63,440 nucleotides of DNA, filler included, from Asterionella formosa (GCA_002256025.1; 11 parts of 11 records of this genome joined end to end with filler, not necessarily neighbours in it); one strand, 5' to 3'; shown: positions 11,890 to 23,141, counted from the whole stretch's first letter. A program made the numbers and translations. The notes: generated by a model from the sequence alone, not told the origin.

Positions 11890-13932
11890 TTATCCAATTC
11901 GACGTCTTTTACTTTTGACAAGACAATTAGAACATATTGTTCCTTGCTCACCTGCAACTTGATAGCCTGATATATGTTTTTTGAAAGAGATGATACATTG
12001 ATGCAATTGAATGAAAATGTCACCACACACATCACACATACCGGTTGTCATCAACGTAGAATTGTATGCATCACCAACTTTCGCAAATTTGGCTACTTCA
12101 ATTGCTTAAGTAATGGTTCCAACTGTGTTTTGTGGAATATGATCCTTGTATGCAGGTTTAGCTGTCAATTCAAATTCAACTGTAGGTTTGATGACACTTT
12201 TTGCCTTCACTGCAGGCATCTCAGTAGCTGATGGTGAAAATGTCAAACCTTGATTAGAAATTTGCAATGCTAGATAGTCGAAATTTGTTGTCAGATGCTG
12301 CTCAATGTTTGTTATGGTAATCATTTTCGAATTCAAACTGGTTAAGGAATCATCTACAACTTGCAGAATGATTGTTGATGTTTTGTTTGTCTTCAAAATG
12401 AGGGCTACAATGCGCTTAACAACTAGCTTGATTCTTGAAAATCTTTTGCTTTCTGCTTGAGTGAAATTGAAACCCCATTGGTTTTTTAATTTCGCTTCTA
12501 GCTGAAAAATGCCGCCCTGGAAACACCCTTGATTATTATTGTGATCAAAGAAGTGTGTACCAAACCATTCATGCCAAATCGACAGGCAGCTCAAATGATT
12601 CTTATAGAGTTCATACCTTGGACATCCATTTTCATTTTTCTTCATGTGAATGGCACTAACAGATGTTGAAACACTTTGATCATTCAAAGATCTATTACTT
12701 TGTATTGATGATGAGGACTGTGCAGAGGATGAAAAATCGAAGGATGAAAAATGATTCAAAAGAGACTGTAAGTGTTGTGGTCGAACTAAGCCATCAACTC
12801 TATCGTTCAACTGTGAAAAGTTTGCTCTCATTTCAGAATGTAAATTTGTAAATCGATCTCTGACACCAGGTAAAATAGAGTCAATTCTAAGATCCACTGG
12901 ATCCTGAACCAAATTCAGATGATGAATCATATTCTTTAAAAATTCTTTGAACTCTTCACAGTTAAACACATCCAATGTGAACAAAAAATGACCCCGACCA
13001 TTCAATATCATTGTTGCTGCATCTTGCAGAATGATGACACAGAGGCAAGAGAGCAAATTAAGAAAAGCATAGGCGGTAGAATTGGTAGCTGCATCAATAG
13101 ATTCAATTTCTTTTTCAATAAATGGAAAGATAGTTTGTTGCAGGTTGATTGAAGGTTTGATGTGATCTCGTGGCAAAAAAACACTTCCTTTTTCATCTGG
13201 ATGGCCAGCCATAACACGCATGGCTTTCATTGGCAGTTTAGCTGAATAAACATCACGTTGAGTATCCACATTCCAATTTTCAAGGTCATTGATGTTATAG
13301 CCATCAAGTTCATCCAGTTCTGCTTTGACTGAACCAGCCGATCGACCAAAATGCACGAAATGTTTTGAAATAATGCCAAGGTGTCTGCAAGCATTCTTCA
13401 TGTTACTCGCATATGCCTGATAAGTTACTGAGATAGTGTTGTCGAAGCCCCGAGAATCTGTCAACAGCTTAATATTGAACCAGGCTTTGTTTGAAGCAAA
13501 ATCAAATGATTCTGCTTCTCCACTCTGCATAAATCTTGCCATTAAATAAAATCCAAGAGCACACTCACTGACATTACGATGTCGAATACAACGTCCATAA
13601 AGAGTCTTTAAACCATTTGTTTTCCCACTAGCAATGCGCATCACATGAATTAAAATATCCTCTAGACTATTTTTATCTTTGTGTAACAAGGAACAAAGAT
13701 CACTAAGTTCGCACTTAAAGAGTGACTCGCCTCTTAAGATCCCATTTGTTGTCATCAAAAGACAATATCGATCACGTAAAGATGCCACTGAATAAATGGA
13801 TGATAACGAATTTTTTTGAAAGAAAAAATCTTCAAGTCTTGGTATATCTTGAGCAGCAGTGTATGGCGTGAATTCACTTGTCAATTTTTCATCGAAATTG
13901 CTTTTCGCAATTTGTGTCTTTCTTATTTTTAC
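11890..13932 (-). mobile_element. Crypton (CryptonF-like) tyrosine-recombinase DNA transposon: YR/Ndc10-II domain plus GCR1_C domain; 5' part cut off by a Copia insertion
   Basis: 592-aa ORF 12106-13884 carries YR catalytic residues R (ILRGES), K (GKTN), HxxR (HFGR), W (NWN) and Y (DVYS). The GCR1_C-like segment is IWHEWFG...GGIFQLEAK...KRFSRIK. The frame continues past one TAA to 11890. Confidence 0.88.
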
Positions 13933-14351
13933 TGTATAAATAACTAATAATAAATATATGTATGATGGTTCATGTCAAGAATATAGCATCAATGGCTATA
14001 ATGAGTCACAAGGACTGTGGACTCGACTATAGTCCAATGAGTCAAATGATGCGTTCCCATGTCAAGAAGGTTGCTAACAAGATTGATGTCTTAGATCAAT
14101 CAGAAGACGGTTTACAGCAACGAAAAGGGAACACGAAGAACAGGTTCTCGAAGTGTGATGAATGAGATTGAAACTTGGATTTAGTTTAAGCTTATAATTA
14201 AGAAACAGTGAGAATTGACAGAGTAAGGTCAATAGCGAAAACTGGCACGAAGGCTAGCAGCAGAAAGAAGATAACAATACTAGTGGTATAGCAGGTAAGT
14301 TCTACGTAAGAGGAACCCGTCAGACAGGAAGGAGTACGAGACCTTTCAACA
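13933..14351 (+). repeat. 5' LTR of a Copia element (about 419 bp)
   Basis: Starts TGTATAA exactly where homology to the uninterrupted Crypton copy (53400-53424) breaks. Ends TTCAACA shortly before the gag ATG at 14393. Confidence 0.7.
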
Positions 14352-14392
14352 TGCCTTAAAGCGCACCTTTGAAGGCCACAGACTACTCAGGA

Positions 14393-17085
14393 ATGATGGG
14401 AAGTGACGAAGACACGTCAGTGAGGTTGCCGACATTCGATGGCCCAGATGCTAAATGGCACATGTGGAAAGCGAAGTTTCTCGCATAGGCGTGCTACAAG
14501 AACTTTCAAGGAATACTTAACGGTGATGAACTACCAAGAGGAGAGAAAGACCTAATGGGTGATACAATCATGTTGTCGGATGCTGATGAGAGACGCATCC
14601 GAAGGAGCAACACAGTTGCTTACGCAAGTCTGATAATGGCATGCCAGAGTGGGCCATTCGGATACGTAAATAATGCAAGAAGTGCCGAGTTTCCTAACGG
14701 CAATGATAAAGAAGCATGGGACAAGCTCATTTCTACGAATGAGTCAGGCAACATGGCAAACGTCATTGCCTTGTCCCACCAATGGATGAAGTGCACTCTA
14801 GGGGAAAACGAGAACCCCGACAGCTGGTATGTGGAGTTGGATCGTATCCGGGAACGATTGGGCAATACAAGCTCCGCTGTTTTGGATAGTGCCTATGTGG
14901 CACACATGATCAACAACCTACCAGAATGCTACAAGAGTTTGGTAGTTGGAAGGTTTGGCCTGGCGCGCAACACGCTAACGGTCGAAGAGATTAAGACAGA
15001 CATCCGGGACTACTGCGATCTATATGTCCGGGATGACGTCAAAATGACTAACAAGAACAAGAGTGAACAGGCCTTCTAAACGAAAGGGAAGTTCAAAGGT
15101 GACTGTCGTAAGTGCGGCAAGTATGGCCACAAGGCGGCTGAATGTCACTGCAAGGGCAATAGTGCCAACAAGAAGGAGCTCACTCCTGAGCAGAAAGAAA
15201 AGAGGAAAACGATCAAGTGTTTCAAGTGCCAACGCATGGGACACTACGCAAGTGAGTGCACCAGTAACATTGCATCTAAAAATAACAAAAGCGAAGAAAA
15301 CAACACGACTACATCTACCCAGCAAGGAAGCAATGTTCGTCGAAATTAACTACGATGAGGAAGTTAACCTCGCTCGTGACGTCAGAAATCGCTGGTTGTT
15401 AGACAGCGGTGCTACCGTTCACGTCTGCACGGACGTGCGCATGATGAAAGACAAGAAACAAGTGAGTGAAACGATCGTGGTAGGGAATGGAACGGAGATA
15501 GTATCAACTGTCTCTGGTACCATGACCCTGACGACCACAGACGAAGGAAAACGCTTGAAACTCACCGATGTGCTTTATACACCGGAGTTCAAGCAGAACA
15601 TCATCAGTGTATCTAGAATGATCGACAAGGGTAATCAAGTGATCTTCGAGGACAATAGGATGACGATACGAAACAAGAGCGTCTTTCTGACCTACAAAAG
15701 AGACAAAACTCGAAAATTCGGAGCAATGTGCGTATCATGTCGAAGGTAATTCGATCATCAAGCAAACGGTGATGGAAGTCGAGCAACTACAAGAGAACAC
15801 AACACAACAATCGATCGACGACTACAACGAAAACGATTGGACGAAAGTTGAAGAAAAGAAAACGAACAAAGGAAAGAACAAATGGAATAATCAAAATGGT
15901 GAGTTTGAAAATAATTATGTGATGGTCGATATTAATGAAGCGCATGCGATGCTTGGTCATGTGGGCGAGAAACGTTTGCACGATACGGCGAAATTATTTG
16001 GATGGAAGTTGAGCGGCATCATGACAGTGTGCACAGGCTGTGCGGCATCGAAAGCGAAAGCACGAGCCGTACCAAAAACAACGCAAGAAAAATCGACGGT
16101 GAAGAGAGACTGCTTTTTGGGCATCAGCGGACCCTACGCGAAATCCGCTGTAGGTCATCATTACTGGGTCATGGCAGTGGACGACTACACAAGAAAGCCC
16201 TGGAGCTATTTCATTGAAAAGAAGAGCGATATCGGAACAGTCATTTAAGTTTTACTATCAAGTTTAGCTGGAGCCGGTCACAAGACAAAGTATGTGCGTT
16301 GCGATGACGCAGGCGAGAAAACTAAACAATTGAGAAAGGTATGTGAAAATCGCGGTATAAAAATGGAATTTACTGCCCCGCACACTCCACAACACAACGG
16401 TGTAGTGGAACGCGGTTTTGTCATTGTGCGACAGAGGACACTAGCAATGATGCTAAGTGCAAAACTAACAGATGAGTACCAAGGGCTATTATGGGCAGAA
16501 GCGGTACATACAGCTACACGTTTCACAAATTGTACATTCAACTTAGTAACTAAAAGAAAGCCCGACGACATGTTCTACAGCGAAATGAATCCAAGAAGGC
16601 CCTACAAGTTATACAAGCAATTTGGGCGTGTAGGCTGGGTTACTGCAAGACACAGCATTAGGAAATTAGACGCACATTCTTTCAAGTGTGTCTTTTTGGG
16701 TTATTCGGAGGACCACTCCCAAGATACGTATTGTATGTATAATCATCATGAGACTAACACCGTAATCAATACACACGATGTTAAGTGGAGTGAGTGGCAT
16801 GGAACAAACGCACCTACGGACAGACTAGGAAAAATCTACAAGGACAATGCTAAATTTATAGTAGCAGTTCAACCAGAAGCTGAAGTCAATAATGATGGAT
16901 TAGATGATGATTTCTACAATGAAAATTTACCACCAGAAGTTTCCGACAACAAGGAAGATGATGACGACAAGGATAAATCAACTACAGACACTGGAAAAGT
17001 AAAATCTACCACAAGGAGTGAAGAAATTTCTGACCTAGAAAAGAGAAATGTTTTGAAGCAACAAGCAAAGACTACATCTAGCTAA
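14393..17085 (+). mobile_element. Ty1/Copia (CoDi-type) gag-pol with stops/frameshifts: gag, two CCHC knuckles, protease, integrase; RT absent
   Basis: LPTFDG...WKAKF, CRKCGKYGHKAAEC, CFKCQRMGHYASEC, WLLDSGATVH, HAMLGH...CTGC and RCDDAGE...TAPHTPQHNGVVER. An unrelated AT-rich sequence with 21-bp tandem repeats begins near 17085. Confidence 0.93.
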
Positions 17086-17359
17086 GACGCCGTTTACGGC
17101 ACTTTTTCGAATTTATGTGTAAAGTGACGTATTTATGTTACTTTTCTAAAATATTATGTTACTTTTTTGAAATATTATGCTACTTTTTCCCTAATTTATT
17201 CGGGTTAAACAAAAATTTATTTCACTTATCGAATAATTATGTGATCACACCAATAATTANNNNNNNNNNNNNNNNNNNNNNNNNNNNNNNNNNNNNNNNN
17301 NNNTTAATTAATTAANNNNNNNNNNNNNNNNNNNNNNNNNNNNNNNNNNNNNNNNNNNN

Positions 17360-17505
17360 CGCACCTTAATCGTGTTCCCTGGCGGAGGCGAGAAGATATC
17401 CCAGATTACCGCGGAAGCGATCATATCCTTGGGTACCATAATATCTTTCGGTGAATCTGTGTTGTTGATTGCCGCATTTCGCGGGGATACATGGCTTTTC
17501 GACAT
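17360..17505 (-). CDS. 5' fragment of a possible BED zinc-finger protein/transposase (runs off the contig)
   Basis: MSKSHVSPR...SAVIWDIFSPPPGNTIKV resembles the SxxWxxF start of BED fingers, but the sequence ends before any Cys pair. Confidence 0.3.
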
Positions 17506-17849
17506 GGTTGTTGAGCTGGTTGTGTGGTAGAATAGCTTTATAATACAGACAAATATAGTAGAAGCAAGATAAAACGAAATCAAGTGATGCTCTGATATCT
17601 TTCTGTCCTCGCTCGCGGAGCCTATGGCTGGTTCCCCATATCAGCCATGTGTACCTGGTATGATGGCGGTAAAAATTGCAACCGTGATACCAGCAAGTTG
17701 CGCTCATTTTGCTTAAACTAACATTTTAATCTCGGATAAAGATAGCAAAATCTTTAGCTTCAGCAAAATTATCGCAACTTGGACAGGTTACCTGCTACTA
17801 GGGTACCAGGTACCTGGTGGTACCAGCAATCTAGTGTCGGTACCAGGTA

Positions 17850-18651
17850 CTCCCTCTGGTCGAAAATAATTGCGGCTATTGTTAAAATTTCTCCAGGGCA
17901 ATTTTGATTCCTACGATTTTCTCCGGCTCAATTGCCCTAATCTGCGAAATCACGTAAAGCTACAGATCAATGCATAATATATATTGAGTAATAATTTTAA
18001 AATTGGCAAACTACGTATCAAAACACGTTTTTGGGCTTTTTCGATTTTCACTTATGGTTATCTCGAGCAAAATGCAGATGCATGAGGACCCATTTTTCTT
18101 CGAACCATCTATTCTCAAAATACATACGAAGTAGCATATCACAGTAGAACAACGGCAAATTGCGTTCAATTATGGAATGCACAACCCCGAAAGTTGCAAT
18201 GGTGGAAAGGAAGAAAATGATGGTATGCTTTTTGAGGAAATTGCCTTGAAAGATCCGGCGGTATGGTCGATATAAGTGCAACAGATGTAGAAAGTATACG
18301 GAACGACAGTTACTCTAATTATTTTATTATTATGATAGTGGCTTGTTGTATTCGGTGGTTTCCCGAAAATATTTGAGTGGCCGGCCAGTATAAAATGGCA
18401 TTTGGCGGTATGCACATACATGTACGTGAATATTATATTCATGTTAAATTGGTTTCGAATAATTTATTAGGATTCTATTAGTTTAATTAATGAAACAGAG
18501 TATATTTTAACGCGAACGCATTTTTTCGAGAAAGCCAATCCTTACGTAGAAAGATGGTATGTTGGCTACGTAATCCTTCCTATGCAAACAGTAAAGACAC
18601 TACCGGTAGTGGTGCCGGCGATTCGACGCAATAATTTTCAACTAGAGGGAG
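17850..18651. mobile_element. Stowaway-like MITE (Tc1/mariner non-autonomous), about 802 bp
   Basis: Left TIR CTCCCTCTGGTCGAAAATAATTGCG matches the reverse complement of the right TIR, CTCCCTCTAGTTGAAAATTATTGCG, at 22/25. It has TA on the left and CA (mutated TA) on the right, within a TACCAGG repeat. Confidence 0.75.
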
Positions 18652-18839
18652 CACCAGGTAATACCAGATAGACTACCAGTAGTCTAGTCGCAGTACCTGG
18701 TACCTTGTACCAGGAACCGGTAGACCGGCAATATACTGTAGTACCAGGTGAACCGGATATTGCTAAATACCGGTACTGGTCGTCATCTTTTTGGATAGAA
18801 AATAAATAATAAAATATTTCTTCTTCAACATCAAGACAA

Positions 18840-18913
18840 GCCGGCGTAGCTCAGCTGGTTAGAGCGTGGGTCTAATAAACCCAAGGTCGTGGGTTCGATC
18901 CCCACCGCTGGTA
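18840..18913 (+). tRNA. tRNA-Ile (anticodon AAT)
   Basis: Cloverleaf: acceptor GCCGGCG/CGCTGGT, D-arm GCTCAGCTGGTTAGAGC, anticodon arm TGGGT-CTAATAA-ACCCA, T-arm GTGGG-TTCGATC-CCCAC. A TTTT terminator follows at 18918-18921. Confidence 0.95.
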
Positions 18914-18935
18914 TCACTTTTGGGCATTGTTGCAT

Positions 18936-18982
18936 GGTTCTCTCTAAACGGAGGGTTGTGGATTCGATCCCCACCGCCGGAA
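18936..18982 (+). pseudogene. Isolated tRNA 3' half (partial anticodon arm, T-arm, acceptor strand)
   Basis: GGTTGTGGATTCGATCCCCACCGCCGGA parallels GGTCGTGGGTTCGATCCCCACCGCTGGT of the upstream tRNA. No D-arm or A box is present. Confidence 0.6.
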
Positions 18983-19012
18983 TGATTATGTTGCTTCTCC
19001 GTACGGGACACT

Positions 19013-19145
19013 GTACCATAGGTCGGTGAATTAATGCTGTGTGCTTTTTTTAGAGAAAGGTAGTATACTGGTATACCGTACCATAGGTCGGTGATTTAAT
19101 GCTGTGTGCTTTTTTTAGAGAAAGGTAGTATACTGGTATACCGTA
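19013..19145. repeat. Near-perfect tandem duplication, 65-bp unit x2
   Basis: GTACCATAGGTCGGTGA(A/T)TTAATGCTGTGTGCTTTTTTTAGAGAAAGGTAGTATACTGGTATACC occurs at 19013 and 19078. Confidence 0.9.
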
Positions 19146-20086
19146 TTCACTTGCCAAACAGTCAAGTATTTCAATATAGATATGACAGTATACCAGTTTA
19201 CCAGTATACTGATACTGCTTCCAAAGTGTTAAGGATTTCAATATAGAAATGACAGTATACCAGTATACTGATACTGCTTCCAAAGCAGTATTCTTATTGT
19301 CACTCAGTCATGCACGCTTGTCCGCTCGTGTGCAATTTTTTCGGCCAATAACAAAGGATGCAGCAGGCAATCATGGCAGCTACTTAACTGCTTTGGTTGT
19401 ATCATGTTAATCTACTTGATCATCATCCATCTCTAATGTGATAGTCCTGCCCATTGCTTTACTGACCACAACCTCATTCTAATAATGTCTATTCAATTTT
19501 AGAAATATGATTGCTTCAAACACAGCAAGTGATGTTGACTTCTTTACACAAGTAGAAATGTGCTTGGCAATGGAAAAGAGGCTTTCACAACTTACAGAAG
19601 TATCAAGGAGGAGGTCAACACAAATACAATTTCTACAATATGCCGATTTTTTCTATTTTGGTGCTGCTTAATAGCCCAAGCATTGAATGGAATTTCGCTC
19701 TCCAATGCTAGTACAAGACATGCCGGATTTTCTGAAGATTCCTACTACATAGCAGTATCCTGGCAAAATTTTGGAACAGCATGGTATTTGGAATATAGAA
19801 TGACAGTATACTGGTATACTGATACTGTGTCTGGAGCAGTATCAGTATCCAATACTGTAGTACTATACTTTCACCAACCTCTGCACTGTGCTATCTTAGG
19901 TGCATAGGAAGAAGCAATGTAGGAAAATGGTACTGTACTGGAGGTACCAGTAACCAAGTACCAGGTACCCCAAATCAGACTGTTGTACTTAATGGTAAAA
20001 AGACGGTTCCTATCATACTATGTATGAGGAAAACAAAGTACCAAGTAGTACCAGTACATAGACATGCATGGATTACATTTAATTAA

Positions 20087-20792
20087 GGTTCCTGCATTTG
20101 AACCCCAAGGCAAAAATTAAAATATTGCTTAGGGTTGCCGAAATTCCCTTGAACTAAGAACTTTTACGCACTTATTTTGAATATCGATGATTCCATTTAA
20201 AATATATGCATCAGCAAATACTGTGCGCACTTACAATGGAATTTTTGGTGTACAGGAAATTTGACAAATAAATATTGCATCACAAGACTCAGATTCAGAT
20301 GATGATGTTTCAGCACTAAGTGGTTCTGATTCCGATAATTTGGACACCACTGAAAAGGCCGATTTTGTCGAATTTTAGGAGATTGATAGCTCAACATTGG
20401 CTGGGTCTGAAGGCAATTTCAATACATAGGTTACCTTCCAATAGCATCAGTATGTATCTTTTGGTGAGAAACTGCAGAAAGGAACTTCGGTTTCCTCACT
20501 ATACCAAATAAACTGATTTCCCCCAAATTTTCTAGTCTTTTTAGCATATTAAATAACCGAAGTTCCTTTCTGCAGTTTCTGGCCAGATCTTATATCCTGA
20601 CGATATATAGAGTGGACCTTCACCCCTACTTTGTCCAAAGACTGTATGTAAGCATATGGAAAGGGTCTCTATTGGTGAAAGTTCTGTTGAGCATTATACA
20701 TATTTAATTTATAAGTGAAAAGTGCATGTTTGATTAGTCTGACTCAATTTCTTTTAACCCTACCTTGAGCTAAGGGTTCAAATGCAGGAACC
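20087..20792. mobile_element. Non-autonomous TIR element with TTAA flanks (Kolobok-like), 706 bp
   Basis: Perfect 19-bp TIRs GGTTCCTGCATTTGAACCC / GGGTTCAAATGCAGGAACC, with TTAA at 20083-20086 and 20793-20796. There is an internal perfect 26-bp inverted repeat at 20467-20492/20555-20580. Confidence 0.85.
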
Positions 20793-21040
20793 TTAAACAT
20801 GCTATCATACCAAGTATGTACAAGGAATTTCATTGTAGAAAGAAGGGACCACCAGTCTACACCAAGGCACAGTACCTGGTCGAGGAACTCCCAGGCATGC
20901 TCCGTACCCTGCTACTAGTGTGGTGATGGTGGGCCTACCAGTACTTTGTTGCTCTAGTTCTGCAATTGTGCATTGCCTCACGCTTTGGATACGGTTACAC
21001 TGTGAAAAAGGGAAAGCTGTTCTTTTCTAGCTGTGTTGCT

Positions 21041-22043
21041 TCAAGGTCCATTAAAAGGAGGATCCCCAGGACCTCGGTATTTGAAGATGGGACTACGGAC
21101 ACAATCTGACCCGTAATATAGTCCAGTTGGCTGTTTACCAACAGCTTCAGATGTCAACAACCAGACTGGAGGGATTGCCCCAATAGAAGGCAAATTGTAT
21201 GCACCCATGCCTGTATTGTTACAACTAGAGGTGTTAGAACAACAAGCTAAAGGAAAACCAAACACATTGGTGCTTCCAAATACTCACCTTTAGTAATGTC
21301 CGTAGCAATAAATCCAGGAGTTACCGAGTTGATAATGAGATCTGGTTCTGATTTGGCGTGAAGGATGGTATATGCGTTGAGAAGAGCTTTCGAGAGGCCA
21401 TATGCCTCATTGCGTGTACCTGCATCTTGCAATGACTTTGCAAGATTGTCCAACTCGCCGATACCTCCAACGAATTGGCTTTCAGGAAATGTCAACTTTT
21501 CTCGGAGTACCGAATCGCTACAACTAGCCACAAAAACAGGACCAGATGCAGATGCTATGTTGACGATTCGCCCCCCAGGTCGCTGAATGTGTGCAGACAG
21601 TGCATCATTAACTCTTCGGGGCCCAAAATAGTTTGTGTTCAGAGTCTCAGCTAAGGAACTACCAAATCCAATACCAGCATTATTGATGATTCCGAATAGT
21701 GGTCCGATGGAGACAGCCGCTTTGTAAACCGAATCATCCGAAGAAGTGTCCAGTTCAACAAGTTCCAAACGGTTGTGGCAAATGGATCCCAACAACTTTT
21801 GAAGATCTTCCACTGCTTTTCGACCTCGATCAGCATCTCGGGAGCCAAGCAGCACATGAACATCTGGGTGATCCTCCAAGAGCAGTTGGCAAATGGCCTT
21901 TCCAATGCCCTTGTTTCCTGTTTAAATCGAGGATGGGTTGGGTTTGTTCAGTGACAACGGATGACAGGCTAAAGAATAGGATATCAAGAGGGACGAGAAA
22001 CCACCAGCATTTGCTTACCTCCGGTGACCAACACTCTTCTCAT
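21041..22043 (-). CDS. Short-chain dehydrogenase/reductase (carbonyl reductase-like); complement(join(21041..21210,21288..21917,22019..22043))
   Basis: Splicing two GT-AG introns restores MRRVLVTGGNKGIG. NNAG, IVNIAS, catalytic YGLSK and VTPGFIATD are present. Confidence 0.92.
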
Positions 22044-22370
22044 CGTTTTCCGCTCATTTAAGGAAGCAAGCATGACAACAAGAGTGCATATCGCTTTCAT
22101 GAGCTTCCTTTTATGTACCTGTGGTGTTCATTGAGGTAAATGTCCATAAGTCGTTTGGGCAAAAAAAACGAATCATGGCGGAAGCAAGCAAAAACTGCTT
22201 CTGACAGTATTTATCACGCTAGATATACTACCGGTATATCATTAGATGGTACTGTATAAGTCCTGTATAACGTTAACCTTATAGGCTATACCGGTGCTTG
22301 TTTACTCTCACTGTAGAGATTTACAAAAGACACACTGTGTATGTACACCACGTCAACCAAAAGTGAAAGA

Positions 22371-23041
22371 TGTAACAAGATACCGGTACCAGGTGAGCGA
22401 TCTTGCGCATCAATACAGATGTATATAGGGTTAGTGTTATATCATGTATGTATAAGAACTCAATAATGAGAGAACTCGACTAACCCTCATTGTATACTTT
22501 GGTGTCGACTTGGAGAACGAGTTACACACAAGGATTAACAAATAAGCTCATATATTCAACAAATACTACTACTTCTAGTTAGATACTTCACTTTGAATTC
22601 AAAAAGAGTCCAATTAGAATTAATATTGTTGATGTTCTCTCAAGTTCCAGTGGTCCCATTGATGAAGGATAACAACATGCTAAACATCAAGATTCAAACT
22701 TCTTTGTGCATCCTTACAAGCCAGGTCGACATTTGGAGTCTTACAGCAAAGATATGATCAATTGACGCTCAGGGGAAGCTTGTTTATTGATTTCAGTAAA
22801 TCCTGTGATATGGCTAACACATATATCTTCAGTCCAGCAGATTCCTTGCTTGTTCACCTACTGCTACAAAAGATGGCTCACAGATATCGTCTTGTCTGAC
22901 TGGATGAGCGTTGCAATACACTCAAATGCTCAGTCCCACCATAACAGTCTCAACAAGAAAGTCATAGTGATGTGGCTGGAAGATTACCTTCTTCATGATA
23001 TCTCTGAGAGTCAATAACAGTGGCTTGATGCCATGATATTA
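22371..23041 (+). mobile_element. Ty3/Gypsy 5' end: LTR (about 22371-22561) and decayed gag
   Basis: TGTAAC...TTCAACA boundaries. Homologous to the reverse complement of 23142-23860 (e.g. YKRWLTDIVLSDWM vs FKRCLTDIALSDWL). Confidence 0.7.
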
Positions 23042-23141
23042 NNNNNNNNNNNNNNNNNNNNNNNNNNNNNNNNNNNNNNNNNNNNTTAATTAATTAANNN
23101 NNNNNNNNNNNNNNNNNNNNNNNNNNNNNNNNNNNNNNNNN

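Noticed and set aside
17850..18111. hAT terminus at TAGATGGTTC shared with 62965
   Set aside because: The block lies inside the Stowaway-like TIR pair 17850-18651, so it is better explained as internal MITE sequence.
18936..18982. Amber-suppressor or pyrrolysine tRNA (CTCTAAA loop)
   Set aside because: The anticodon stem pairs poorly, there is no D-arm or 5' acceptor strand, and no pyl genes are present.
18831..19019. 62-aa ORF with a repeated IPAVGIE motif
   Set aside because: It is the antisense translation of the tRNA and its duplicated 3' half.
22381..22400. Site-specific insertion of both Gypsy copies into GGTACCAGG
   Set aside because: The LTR of this copy more plausibly starts at TGTAAC (22371), which makes the shared motif LTR-internal rather than a target site.
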